From: Lingula anatina | Taxonomy: Eukaryota; Animalia; Brachiopoda | Length of the DNA stretch: 64,000 bases | Direction of reading: 5' to 3' | Assembly (NCBI GenBank): GCA_051362555.1 | Contig: CM120648.1 | Coordinates: 8,242,587-8,306,586 of the forward strand | Part shown: piece after piece, positions 40,441-54,967 of the stretch | How positions within the stretch are numbered: position 1 is the first letter of the stretch | Layout: every line of letters starts with the position of its first letter | Position numbers and translations under genes: made by a program | The notes under the pieces: generated by a model | Database searches by the model: none | Seen by the model: the letters and a program-made list of their open reading frames with translations, nothing else | Told to the model about the DNA's origin: nothing

Positions 40441-42537
40441 ATGTTAAGAATTCTTCGTGGTTCTTTTGGGTAAGCAAATGTGACTTTTGAGCTCATCATT
40501 CTTATGTGAACCATGGCATGCCGCATTGCAGACCAACGTGACATTTCAGATTTCAGTTCCGACGCAATCGAAGGCTGTTTCTTGAGTTCGCTGACGAAAT
40601 TTAAGTAGAACGTTAACGTGCATCTAGTCATCTCTTTTGCTTTTATACATTTGTGATATATTATTTACCAACATGCAGACTGATGCTATGATCAAATACA
40701 TCAACTTCTGTGGCGGTTTTCGAAAAAAAAATTACACATAAAAAAACGCCATTTTTTACCCTTCTTACACTCACTGCACGAGCAGAATTTTTGTAAAGAA
40801 GACATTCTGATGTTCAACCTACATTTTAAAAAGTCTACCCTTTATAGTATATTTGTACCTGTCAGTGCCATTACTGTTGCAGCAACCAATTTTCACATTT
40901 AGAAACAAATTAAACTTGATAAAAGTCAAAAATTAAGAAAAGAAATTCATTGTTTTCCAGCCCTGGCTGCCAGGCATGCCTAAAGAATCACATGAAGGCG
41001 TGCGCGGATGCACAGAAAACACTGGCCCACAAGAGGGCGCTACTTACCTACACTGGTTTGGCGGGGAAGAACTCTGCGCTACACTTTACACAGAACCACC
41101 AGCCCTCAGGGTATAGGCAAACCACTTCATCCTTGGGGTACACTAGGAGTGTTCTGTTAAAGAGCACACTACTATCAGTTGGGGGTCAGTATTTTTTACT
41201 GTAGATCTGTGTGCTTGTTATCCCCGCACTTTTGGGACAAAAGTCGGGGATCATGTTATTTAGTATTTTTATGATTATTATTATGCCTTATTTTTTGTTA
41301 TTTTACTGTGGAAAACCCCACTATTTTCCCATTGTAAAGATCTTACTGTTTCAATGTATTTTGCCTCATCATATAGTTAAGAAAAAGGTTTACAAAAAAG
41401 ATTTCACAGTGTAACTTTTTTCTTTAAAGAAATGCACAATAAAGGAGTAAAATTTTCAAGAGAAGATGCAGTTCTTGCAGCTGGATTAAAATGGTTTGCA
41501 GTATAACTTCTGATGGTGTAGTCTGATTTTCAGGTGTTAGACATGTGAATACCAAACAACAGTACAAAATACCAAAGGTGCTGAAGATTGGCCAATCCAC
41601 AGTGGCAATGGGACGCGGGCTGATAACACTTGTATTGGGAACTGCCACCACACTCATAATAGTGAAGGTGATCTTCTTTCATGATAATATGACTGTTCAG
41701 TTTTTAGATTTTTGTTTTATTTCTTAACTTTTAAATAAGATATGTAAACTTAACTGAAATTTTACTTTTCAGATTTACTTAATTTCTCAGGCATTATTAT
41801 TTTGGAATAATATATTATTATTTGATATATTTTAATTCAGTTATTATAATATTTGAAAATTATGTTTTGGAATTTTAATGTATGTGAAAACAGTTATTAT
41901 CATGATTATCATTATGGATTTAAAGATGAACTTTCAGTTCCAAAATAGATATGTTGGAAGCATGGTAGAGATTTAATATTTTTAGTTTCACTAGCGTTGG
42001 TAAAGTCCTTAACCTGTTTCAAGATAAAACAAATAAAGGCAGCAACCTCTCCAAAATCTTTGAAAGTCCATCCCAGAGATCACAGCATAAACAAATGTCT
42101 TGTGTTTTCCAAGATTAATACGTAATATATGATTGTATATTAATTTTTTTCTCTCCATGTAGACATATGTATTATGGAAAGACAAGGTACCAGATATGGG
42201 CTGGGTAAAACCTACCATGGAGAAGTGGAAAAGCAACACGGTGAAGTCTCTGAGGACGGCTTCGGAGATTACTTCAAGGACGTTGGCCACCATGTCTAAC
42301 GATGCTGCCAGTCTAATGGTAGGAATGAAATCTAGGGGTGGAATGAAGGGTGTGAATTTTAAGTTCTCCAACTTTTTTTTTTTCCTGTGTCTGTAACATT
42401 TTTGTCACTTACCTCTAAAAAAACTTATAGCTATAAACTGTATGTTCATAAAAATAGAGTGTCACCTCTGTTATGTTTTTAATACCTGTATTATGGTAGT
42501 GACTCAATTGTTTCAATGGGGAAAATTGTGAATTTCA

Positions 42538-42593
<56 letters not shown>

Positions 42594-44020
42594 GCACTAA
42601 TTCTAAAAATTAGAACATTTTATTGAGTAGTAGCAACCAAAATGAAAAAACAGGCTACGATGCTTCCAAGAACTGCACAGAAATATATTTTCAATGATTC
42701 CAAAATTGTGTAACAGAAAGATTGATATTTATTCCCCCCCCCCCCTTGAAAGTCATTACTGTAACATAACATTTAATTACTTTTTTACTCCAGGTCACCG
42801 TAAAGAATAATTTGCCAGGGTTGTCATCTCTGAGGGATGCTTTAGAAAATATGTCAGACAAGGGAGAAATAGGTAATATTTTTCTCTTTTTTCCTTGGGA
42901 GCATTAATGTAGCACTTGTCATACAACTGCTGGGCTCAGTTTCATCAACATTGGCTAACACTGGCTATGGATAAAATTGGTATCTTCTTTTCAGTTATCT
43001 GGAGAATAGAGTAATGTTTCACAAACACTGGAATCTTCTTTTGTCTCTGACATTAACATCCAGTGGTTACATATTGCTGTTATCCTCAGGATAACTGTTC
43101 AGAGGATAACAATCCTATCCAATGGACAGCATTATCCATAGGACACCAGTATTCACTTGATGAAATTTAATAGGCCCAGTGGGGAAGGAGTTTTGAAGTA
43201 CATGATGTCAACTACTGTAGCCATAATCAAAGTTGCTTTTTAATGTGTTTAACCTAGTTGCTTTTACTCATTTAACCTTTGTGCACATGGACTTTTTCCC
43301 TTTATTTGACCCCAATTTGAAAATTGACCTCGTTGAGATTATTTAGAACAGCGGACTTACAGATCTACGAATCAAATATGGCAGACCTGATTAAATGCTT
43401 GTTGTGTAATCCTCACGTGGAATCTCTTCAGTATATAATTGGGAATTGAGCAGCAAGCTTCTTAGTGGGTCGCCATATTTGATCCGCAGATATGTAAGTC
43501 CGCTGTTCTGAGTGCGCACATTGTGTCATGTGACCTCTAAAAATATAACCTTGCCCTTATTTGTTACTATTTTGTATATATTTCACAGGGAAGAAGCAAC
43601 ATTTAACAACCTCAGGCAAAGGTTTGTAGAATTCAAGAATCAAGAGAGAAGTTAGTTATAGAACATATAATATATTATTTTTTATATTCCTCAGATTTTT
43701 TTATGTCTAAAGTAACTAAGTAAGATTTGAAATATGTAGTTCAACGAAAAATTTTGGTCATGTTTAAATGATCTCATTTTAAACCTGCCATTAAATTTGG
43801 CAGTTTATCTCAATGACTTTCTTACTGTGATTCAGAAATTGGAGACTAACTTCAAATTTGAGTGCTGTTCATTCAAAATTATTAGTTTCTAGATTTTTAG
43901 ATTTAAAAATAAACTGTCGCAAAGTAGTTGTATAATTTCTTGAATTCTGCACCTGCTCTTACCAAGCCTGTGTACTTTTTCTACAGTGCTTGTGGTGGCC
44001 TTGTGTGTGCTACATACTAT

Positions 44021-44071
<51 letters not shown>

Positions 44072-45856
44072 TTCAGTTATTTATATATTTATTATTATTT
44101 TTTGCATTCACAGCATATACAGTAGTAAAGCTCAGTTGCCCTGTCATATAAAATTTATTTAAAGAAAAGTTACTTTAAAGTTTCATATGAAGTCAAATCT
44201 TTACAACTAAACCTGACCAAATGTCACCATTTAGTAACATATAAAATATTAACTTAAAGTGAACTACTTCCCACATTGGCTACTTATCAAAAGTAGATAT
44301 TTGAACAGATGTTTTCTGCTTTCTTTCTGTGCTTTGTGTGTCATTTTAAAGCTATTTTTGGCTGACCTATTTATTTAATAATATTTGGTTTATTTGTTGG
44401 CATGTCGACATTAGAGTCGTATAACAAACTAGTAAAAGTGGTTATGTGTGTTACAAGGAATCTACTCTCGCTTCATATGTAACTTTAAAGTTTGTAAACA
44501 ATATAACCATGCGCCCTTTTTTCGTTTCACAAAGATTTAAGGAAAAATACCCCCTCCCTTTAAAGAATCTTAAATGAGTAAGTTGCGTTCATCAAAAGAA
44601 CCACAGACTACTTACTGTACATTTTGTGGTCTCATAATTATTTTATGTTAATATGACAGATTTAACCTTAGACACTCCAGGATCAATTTCTGTATTTAAT
44701 GCTATGGCAACTCCAACAGATTACGACAAAGCTGCTGAAAAACCAAAGGTAGGCATATTGTTCTTTCTTTTTTATTTAGGGAACAATTATTTGTTAGTCC
44801 AAGTGTTCTCACATGGTTTTAGAACACTCCAATTTTGAAGCAGCAATTATCATTTAGCAATGGGGTAACCATGCTGTTTTCTAAGAAGTGGGTTTTAAAA
44901 TCAATACCAGAATTCAATTTGATAGTGATTCAGTTAATAGCAACATTTTCAGATTAACGGTGTTGGCCATTCAATTGAACAACTTGACCTGATTATTATT
45001 TCAGAATCTCCAGTGAATACAAGTGAGATAATAAATAATGAGTCTTCTTTCAAAATTTAGTCTGTAGTATTATAATAAACAAGCTTACTCTTCATTTTTT
45101 TTTATTTTCTGTTTGTTATTGATTAATCGATTTATTCATTTAGCTTAATAAATTGATTTATATATGTCAGGAAAAATCATTTTTAAGTAATTTTCCTGAA
45201 ATAGAAAAATTAATTTATTAATCTAAATAAATAAAAAAAACCCAAATAAATAAATAAATGAAAATCCTTTCACTTTAGACAGAGAAACAGAGGCTGGAGG
45301 CAGCCCAGGAAGAGATGATGCAGGTTCAGCTGAGGTACCAGAAGGAGGTGGAGAGATTGGAGAAAGAAAACAGGGAGCTGAAGAAACAGCTATTGCTACT
45401 GAAATCACAGAAGACGGGCAAAAAGAGGACCATGAAGGTGGGTAGAGCTTGAAATTGGGGATTGATAATGAAAGATAAGAAAGTAAAGGCATGACTGTAC
45501 TTGCAGCCTTGGCATAAATGAAACTGATTTAAAATTAGATGCAGTGTATTGCAATCTCTTTGGCGACATTTTGTAGTAACAGCTGTATTTTTTGAAAAAA
45601 AATTTTTTTCTATCTGTCTTTCCATAAATTTTTTCTAATGTTGCTTCTTCAAATTTAAATCTTCACAAAAATAGCTTTAAAAAATCTTAGTCTTCCACAT
45701 TAAAACTTAACTTGATATAATTTTTGGATGCAACTTTTGTTCTCTTTGCAGAAGTCTCTGATTGACATGTACTCTGAGGTGTTGGATGAACTGTCAGGCT
45801 TTGATTCCAGTTACAACACACAGGATCATCTTCCAAGGGTGAGGAGAGAGAAGCAT

Positions 45857-45890
<34 letters not shown>

Positions 45891-45967
45891 AGAGAGAGAG
45901 ATAAAGAAAGAGAGAGAGAGAGAGAAAGAGGGGGGGGGAGAAACGCATTAGAGACAGAGGGAGGCCT

Positions 45968-46009
<42 letters not shown>

Positions 46010-46214
46010 TTAGAGAGAGAGGGAGAGGGAGGCCTTAGAGAGAAAGAGATAAAGAGAGAGAGAGAGAAGGGGGGAGAAATGCATTAGAGACACAGAGAGA
46101 GAAAGAGAGAGAGAGGGGCATTAGAGAGAGAGGGAGAGAGAGGCATAAGAGAGAGAGATAAAGAGAGAGAGAGAAAGAGGGGGGGAGAAATGCATTAGAG
46201 ACAGAGGGAGGCCT

Positions 46215-46260
<46 letters not shown>

Positions 46261-46397
46261 TTAGAGAGAGAGGGAGAGAGAGGCATAATAGAGAGAAAGA
46301 GATAAAGAGAGAGAGAGAGAGAAGGGGGGAGAAATGCATTAGAGACAGAGAGAGAGAAAGAGAGAGAGGGGCATTAGAGAGAGAGGGAGAGAGAGGC

Positions 46398-46431
<34 letters not shown>

Positions 46432-46459
46432 GAGAAACACATTAGAGACAGAGGGAGGC

Positions 46460-46503
<44 letters not shown>

Positions 46504-47936
46504 ACAAAACAGAGCAAGAATTGGAAAAAGAGAAGGGAAACAAATGCATATTTTTCAGAAAAAGCCAAATTAATAGAGAACAGTACCCAACTTGAAATCA
46601 AAATGGTTATTAACTGAGGCAAAATAATCATGATAGTAATAATAAAACTAACTGAAAAAAAAAGGACAGCACATAGTTCAAACTATATCTGTATTAGCCC
46701 AGTATGACGTTGAGATCCATTAATATTCCAGATAGTGGTGGTTGGAGACCAGAGTTCAGGGAAGACCAGTGTTCTTGAAATGATAGCTCAGGCCAGGATA
46801 TTCCCCAGGTGAGAGGATGAAAAGTTATTTTATTTATTTTTAGTATCCAGGGATAGGAGAGCTCACTAGCTCACTTAGCAGGCAGCATTGTCAGTCCGCA
46901 TGCGTAGTGAATGCTGATGTGCCCAAACTAACCAGTGGTTAATGGTTAATAAATCATTTCCAACATTCAAAAATAGTATTTTTTAAAAATTATTTTACAA
47001 TTATTGTTATTATGTATCCCTTTTACATGGTAAAATTTCTTTACCAGAGGTTCTGGAGAAATGATGACCAGGTCTCCAGTGAAAGTGACCCTCAGTGAAG
47101 GACCCTACCACGTGGCACAGTTCAAAGACAGCTCCAGGGAGTTTGACCTGTCCAAGGAAGCCGACGTAAGCACTGCTGCTCTATATAAAGGATTAAAAAA
47201 CAAATGTATGATATAAACCTTCTGTGGTGGCAGTGGCAGTGGTCTCTTATAAATTGAAGTTCATCAACTAAATTCATTGATGGTCAGTTGTTCATAAACC
47301 ACTCTTATAGACCAACATTACAAAGTCAACTTTGTTGTGATAATAAGATTTGATGCAATTATTATTATTATTATTATTGTGTTCTAATTTAGTTGGCAGC
47401 CCTACGCAAAGAAGTTGAGATCCGTATGAAAGCTAGTGTACCAGATGGCCAGACAGTCAGCAGTGATGTAAGTACCCGAGTTATTACCTAAAATAATGAA
47501 CTTTGAAAAATAAGGTAAATAGGATAGAAAGATAAATAAAAGCTGTGAACCAGACAGACAGACAGACAGACAGACAGTCAGCGGTGATGTAAGTACATAG
47601 GTTATAACTTACTGAACTTTGAAAAATAACATAATAATATAAGATGGAAAGATAATAAGAGCTGTGTACCAGAAGGACAGACAGCTTTGATTTATAATTA
47701 TAACTTGCTGAACTATGAAACGCAGAAAGGAAGCCATCCAGTGTAAAGAAGGCTTACACATCTTGATGTTTAGAAAAGAAAAGACTCATATTATAGATCT
47801 TTAATTGATGATATTATTGTTCTGCATTTTTGTCACAGGTTATATCAATGACAGTGAAGGGACCAGGGCTACAAAGAATGGTACTGGTGGATCTGCCTGG
47901 CATAATAAGTGTAGGTATTACAAAAACGGATATTTG

Positions 47937-48011
<75 letters not shown>

Positions 48012-51000
48012 AACATTAGTTTTGATTTTATAAAATTGTGAATGAATTAATGCATACTGATACTTGATAAAACATATATTGGGACTGTAGATTTATGTGG
48101 TGCTGGTTGAGATATATTATGACCGTTATATAAATGTGAAGTGAGTTTTATCAGTTATGATTTATCATTATTTCAGATATTTCTTTAGCATTTTAACTTT
48201 ATCAAAATAATTGCCATGGGGACTGTAGCCAGAAAAATATTTTAATTGATTTTTTAAAATTGATTACAATATTGGATGTTGCATTTATCATGTTTTTCAT
48301 GTGTGTCTCATCTTGTAGTGCTCCCCCTATCTTTCAGACGGTTACCACAAATATGGCTTCTGATACAAGAGATTCCATTAAAACTATTTGCAAGAACTAC
48401 ATGGAGAACCCCAACTCCATCATACTGTGCATACAGGGTATGCTTGTTACTTTGGTTATCTAAAATGCCGCTTAGAAGTCCATTAAAAGTTTGAGTTAAT
48501 TTTAATTTGATATTTGTGATAATTGATTTATCCATGTTATATTTATATTTGCTCAGTGAAAAAGATCAACTAGAGTCTTAATTCCAGGTTAAGAAAACTT
48601 ATTTACAAAATAAATATGTCGGCATTTTTGGAGCTGTTTTAGAAATACAAGTAAAACTCCATGAACGAATTCACCAAATTTCTGCACCATTTAGTAATAA
48701 ATTAATTTCCTCAATGTTGAAATGCTATCACCATACTCTATTGTAAAGAAAAAGTATATTCTCACCCTGACACTTGTTTCTGTCTCTCACAGATGGCTCC
48801 CTGGATGCAGAGAGAAGTAACGTGACTGACCTGGTCAGTTCCATGGACCCCCAGGGCAAGAGGACGATATTTGTACTGACCAAGGTGGACCTGGCCGAAA
48901 CCAATTTACTGAATCCTGAGAGGGTGAGGGGGTTACATTTGGACATAGTTTGGATGCGTCATTATTGCTGGCAACTTTTCACCCTAAACACATAAGTGGA
49001 TAGCTGTGTGACTCATTATAGTAATCCTCAAACTTACTGTAGTGGTTCTAGGAGAAAAATATGCCATGAGTTCAAAGAACAGCCTCATTTGATTCTTTAT
49101 CTTAAGAGTTGTTCATTTATTTAAAAAATTTATTTTGTGAATTTTACATTTTTCATTTATTCTTATTTCTCAGATCAAGCAGATACTGGAAGGAAAGTTG
49201 TTTCCGATGAAGGCTCTGGGATATTTTGCTGTTGTAACTGGAAAAGGTAGGCAAAGATCCTCCCATCATCATCATCATAACTTCTGTATAGTTTCTTTTA
49301 AGAAGGGAAAAGTAAATGTTCTAAACATTTACGTAGCATTTCATGCAGTTAGTAAAATTTTTTGTACAACATAAGGTGAAGTTATATATCAGATAATTTC
49401 AGGACAACATTTTTCTAGTATGTTGAATGTTTAAATCTTCATGTGGAATTAAAAGAGAATTGAATTAAGCAGTTGTACCTTAATAACTCTCTTGACCTTA
49501 TAAGGTTTGGATGGAAGAGGCAGCAATTTTTATAGAGAATATAATGTTACAAAGGGGAATAAATCGATATCATGACCTTCTTTTTGATTCCAGGAAATGC
49601 TAATGACAGCATCCAGATCATCAAAGAATATGAAGAAAACTTCTTCAGAAATTCAAAACTTTTTAGGTAAGTTAATTTGAATTGGATAAAATTTTTCAGA
49701 ATATTTGGCCTGGAAGTTAAGTCCCACTGTTGATTAATAAAAAGTTTTTGTGGTAATTGGTACAGTAATGCCTTGTGTTCTGTCATATCATGATTGAGGT
49801 GTTTTGCAGGGACGGAGTTTTGAAACCCACACAGATGACCACCCATAACATGAGTTTCGCTGTGTCCGAGTGTTTTTGGAAGATGGTGAAAAACACAGTA
49901 GAGAACCAGGCAGACGCTTATAAAGGTAAAACACAAGTAACATCATAACAACTCCACAAATTAAAACAAAATTATATTTTTATATTAAGGTAAATAGTTT
50001 TTTAAAGAGACTGAAGTGGTATTTTTTTACTTATAAGAAATCCAGAATTCTTCAGAAACAATTTGATATGTTTTTCTGCCCTGGACAATAAAGACAGTGG
50101 ACAACGTAAAATATTTTTCACCAAAAAGGATGTTCATTAGTCTTCTTGCAGTGATGATTTGGTATTATAAGGTGATGAGATAATTGCAAAAAGTCATTTG
50201 GTGTGTATCTTTTTCAGCAACGAGGTTCAACTTAGAGACGGAGTGGAAGAACACCTTCCCCAAAATGAGAGAACTGGACAGGGTAAGTGAAAGCTATATT
50301 CCTAGATATTTTGAATGTAAAAAAATGAATTTTTTAAAGAAATTTTGTTTTTCAATAAAAAAAGATTAAATTTTGTTAGCATAGGTCTTCACTGCAATTG
50401 GTTTGTAATTGGTTTAGATTAAAAATCATAAGTAATACAAAATATGGTTTTCAGAATATCATATCCTAATATTAGTATTCCTTTAATACAGGAGGAACTG
50501 TTTGAAAAGGCCAGAGGAGAAATTTTAGATGAAGTTATAAATCTTAGTCAAGTTACCCCCAAGCACTGGTAGGGTTACATTTTCACATTTGGATATTTAC
50601 AGGATGAAGATTTTTCATACCTACAAAACATTTTTTATCCAAAAGCTCATTTCTCTAAATAACTTAAATGCATGCTTCACTGCAGAACTTTCTTTATTTT
50701 CTGAATGAGTGTATTTTTTATTTCTAGTCAATACATTTTTTCTGACAATTGTGATTATTTTTATTATCTAGCCAAGTACAAAACTTGGTACTCACACTAT
50801 TTTTTCCAAGTTGTACAAAAGAGGATAAATGTCAACTAAACTTTCAGGGAGGAGTCATTCCAGAAAAAGCTCTGGGAGAAGACTGCCACCTATGTATTTG
50901 AGAATATCTACTTACCTGCAACTCAGGCTCCCAGTGTTGGGTAAGTTGGGTAATCAAATTTCCCAAAATTAATATGTAGGAATCCAGTATTTCCCAGAAA

Positions 51001-53273
51001 TACTATGTGCAGATCCCAGCTTTTCAGAAAATGGTATCTGGGAATTCCACTTTTACCAGATATTGGTTTCTGGGAATCCCACCTTTCTCAGAAATGGTGC
51101 GTGAGAGTCCCAGCCCCCTCCCCCCTTCTCTCTCTCTCAGCTGAACTTAATAAGGAAAATTTAAAAACTAAATAACAACACCATTATGTTGATAAAATTC
51201 AGAGGTACCAAAAATTTTCATTGCCTTTGGCAGCTTGGATCATAAAATTGACAGATTTTGTTTATTCACTTTAAAAAAAAAATGTCATATTTAACTATCC
51301 AGCACATTCAATACAATGGTGGACATCAGGCTGAAGCAGTGGGCTGAGAAGATGCTGCCAAAGTGCTGTGTGGAGGTAGGCTTTGTCACACTCATATTTC
51401 TGTAACTTGTCTGAATAGAATGATTAAGAATTTGTATTCTTGGTTTACTCAGGTTTTGCAGTTGATTACAGAATGGCCCAGACCTTATTGTTTTTCAAAA
51501 TTAAAATGATGGATTCAGCTCCCACCCTAATCAGTTAGGGAATTAGCACTAATGATGTTTAAAAGCACTTCAAATTGTCCCAAATTGTACTATAATTTGA
51601 TCCCTAAGTTTGCAGTGAGGAGAGGGGAAGAGGTAAAAGAGTATTTCCGCCTGCCTCTCTTCTTGGATTTTCTTGTTCTAGCAATGATTCCTGTTTTTAC
51701 TTTTCACCAGGTTGGCTGGGATACTCTAAAACAGGAATTCTCCAGGTTTGTGGAAGAAGACCAGAAAAGCAAAGATCATGATCCGATTTTTGACAACCTT
51801 AAGGCCAGCGTCATCAACGAAAGTTTGGAGAAACACGAGTGGGACTCAAAGGCAGAAGAAAGTTTGGTAGGTTTTAAGAGAGGCAAATTAATTTAATTCA
51901 GCTTCTTGAAAATAAGTCAGTTTCACAAAGAAAAATCTTGCTTTTTATTATTGAAAAGGAGATTTTTAAGGGGTTTGAACTAACCATCCTTTTAGTCTAC
52001 AAAAGTACCACTTCGAATCAAAATTTGATCCAAGTTCTGTGATTTAAAAGAAACACATGTAAGAAAAGCTTGACCTATTCAATGCTTTCGAAGACTCAGC
52101 CACCATGCCCAACACCTTTTTCTCCCAGTCACATGATTGATTCTTTTTCGTTTGGTCCCAGCGAGTTATCCAGCTGAACGCATTAGAGGACCGTTCTGTT
52201 CATGACAAGACACAGTGGGATGCTGCCATTCAGTTCATGGAGGAGGCCCTGAAGGAGAAGTTACAGCAAAGTAAGTATACTGAGTGGTGTACATTATTGC
52301 TGGATTTCCTCATTTTTACTAGAGTTGTAAAATACTGCAATGTAGTTTATAATGTGATAGATGTAAGATTGGTATTTACTAAAACTTACAGACATTGAAT
52401 CTTTCTTTTTCTCAAAAAAAAAAAAAAAATGCTGCACCATAAGTGTCAGAGCTATGCAGAGTCTGCAGTCTTTAAAATATTATTTATTTATTACTGAGGA
52501 TGTATTGATTGAAGAAGATTCAGGGTAGAGTCCATTCATAATCCAATACTTCTTTGCTATTTTGGACAATATCGAGCAATGTATTCCTATATAACTCAAT
52601 ATTTATATTTTTGCCTCGGGTCCTTTATCCTCTCACAAAATATGCAATGTCATGTGACACAGCTTTAGCCATGAGAGAGGGCATACTTACCAGTATAATG
52701 AGGTATATTGTTATGTTATGACTACCTGCAACCATTACACTATGTTTCAGCTGAAGAAGTTTTAAAGAAGATGACAGGCCCAGGAGGAAGGGAACAGTGG
52801 CTCTACTGGAAGTACAGGACACAAGAGCAGAAGAACAGAGCCGACACTAAAGGAGAGTTAGAAAAGATGTTAAACTCTGAAAAGGTGAGTAGAACATTCT
52901 TAGGCTAATGTATAGACATTTTTTGTGGCATATATTGAATTATTATTGATTTGGAGTTGAAGGAATTGACTTGGAAGGTTGTTTTGTGATGTTGTGAATG
53001 TGGAAACGCAGAAAAGGGGTTGCTTGCCTTTTTAATTTTCCTTTTTGATGAAAGAGTGGAAATCTTTACTTTTTTTTCACATAATATTAGTTGCAACACT
53101 GATTGGTTTTATCTTTCAAAATGGCAATGATATGTACAATTGTTTTTTTTTAGAAGCACGGCCCCCAGCTACAGCAGGATGAACTCACCACAGCCAGGAA
53201 AAACCTGCAGGCCAAGGGAGTGGATGTAGACAACACTTTTGTGAGTGTTTATTCAGCAAGTGAGGGTGGGTGC

Positions 53274-53347
<74 letters not shown>

Positions 53348-54967
53348 GGAAGTGAAATAGAAATGTACACAGAAAAGTCATACCTTACCATATTCAGTTC
53401 TTAAGTACCAAGTAGTATCTCATCAACAGTTAAACTAAATTATAAGTACAGAAGAAAGATTTTAAAACTATTTAATATGTAAAAACAACTGGATAATTGT
53501 GAGTACAGAAAAAGATTTAAAAACAGTTTATGTATAAACAACTGGATGGGTTATCAATGCAGTATTTTCTTGGTAGATTGAAGAGACTTGGCATCACGTG
53601 TATAGACATCACTTCTTGAAGAATGCCATCAGCAAAACACAGGAGTGCAAGAAGGGGTTCTATTATTATCAGAAAGGGTTCTCAGATGCAGGGGTGAGAT
53701 GGTGTAGTTGGATATTCCCATGCACATCGTAGTGTAATATCATGAAATTTTATAAGTTTGTTTGGCAAAATTTCATGATTTTCACACAGTCTTTTTTTCT
53801 TTTGAATTTTGAGTTTTTGAGTGCACCTTTTAATGTAATATCATGAAATGATTTTCATTTCTTTTCTTTTCACAAGAGTTTTTTTTTTTTTTTTTTTACA
53901 AAGACATTTTGTTCACTATTTATAATTGATTGTTATTTATGTTCATGTACAGCTGGAATGTCATGATGTTGTGCTGTTTTGGAGGATACAGAAGATGCTG
54001 CAGATCACAAGTAATGCCCTCAGACAACAAGTGATGAATAATGAAGGTAGGGCACCAGTGGCTCCCCCTAGCACTTTTATCTCTCTTCTCCCTATAAGTC
54101 TTTGTCTTTTCTCCCCCCCTCTCCATTTTCTCTTTCTCTAGGACAACTGCCACTCTCACTACTTGCCTCTCTTTCTCTCTCTCTCTCTCTCTCTTTTGAA
54201 CACCAGACACTCTCATAACTTTTTCTTTCTCTTTCTCTTCCTCCCCCTCTCTCTTTCAGACACACGCACGCACGCACGCACGCACGCACGCATGCACACA
54301 CGTGTTCACTCAATTACAGGTGCATGTGTACACACACTTGAGCAATTAATCAGCTGCCTTGATTATATTCCATCTCATTTATTACAGCTAGAAGACTAGA
54401 GAGGAACATCAAAGATGAGCTGGAGGAATACAGCGATGACAAACCTAAACTATCAAAACTGCTTACAGGGCGTAGGGTAACTCTGGCAGAGGAACTAAGT
54501 ATGTACTTCTACTTGCATCATCAGAAATGAGCCTTTTTTGCAGATTACAGAATTCCTACTATAAGGGACCATTCCCAGACCCTATTGTACTAACTCTGGA
54601 GCGATCTGTCTCCAAGGGGATTCTCGCTAAATTGCAATTAGGGAGTAATAAATTAATGTTAAACAGCTTCAGTAAGCGTGCCAGACATCATAAGCTGCTT
54701 AAGCTGATGGCAATTTAGCAAGAAAACCCTTTGGATATGGATTGATCCTGTTATATCGATCTGTGTATGGGAACATACTCCAACTGTTCGGTCCCACAAA
54801 AAATGTTTAAAGATTAAACAAAACGTTGCTCATGGCTTGATCAAATGAATATGATATATGGTAAGTGACTGACATTAAAATGTTACATTTTTTTCATTTC
54901 AGAGCAAGTTAGACAAATACAAGAGAAATTAGAAGAATTCATAGAAGCGCTAAACAAGGAAAAATAG
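40441..54967 (+). CDS. OPA1: Dynamin-like 120 kDa mitochondrial GTPase OPA1, about 30 exons
   Basis: [29 protein letters not shown] (45752-45838), [25 protein letters not shown] (46732-46808), [87 protein letters not shown] (stop 54965-54967). N-terminal exons (40441-40469 [10 protein letters not shown], 40961-41183, 41534-41668, 42163-42318, 42794-42872, 43589-43621, 44660-44748, 45279-45437) are less certain. Confidence 0.95.
43346..43508. mobile_element. MITE with ~40 bp TIR (GAACAGCGGACTTACA..AAATATGGC); related element 56566-56784
   Basis: Inverted termini; both elements are flanked by TTA and TGA. Confidence 0.75.
44179..44484. mobile_element. Degenerate MITE with TTAA TSD (Kolobok-like AG...CT ends)
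   Basis: ttaa-agtttcatatgaag ... cttcatatgtaact-ttaa. Confidence 0.55.
45841..46502. repeat. ~660 bp (GA)n-rich polypurine array with higher-order units
   Basis: GA runs interspersed with recurring gcattagag / gggaggccttag / ggcataag motifs, starting right after an OPA1 donor site. Confidence 0.95.
47939..48007. repeat. (TG)n microsatellite
   Basis: Visible run. Confidence 0.95.
53276..53343. repeat. Compound (TG)n(GA)n microsatellite
   Basis: Visible run. Confidence 0.95.
54572..54773. mobile_element. Degenerate inverted copy of the foldback MITE at 17706-17916
   Basis: ttccca...tgggaa ends; aagctgatggcaatttagc and cagacat..aagc.g.ttaagct are shared. Confidence 0.55.

Noticed and set aside
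46035-46631. Ser/Leu-rich - strand ORFs
   Set aside because: Translations of the (GA)n array.
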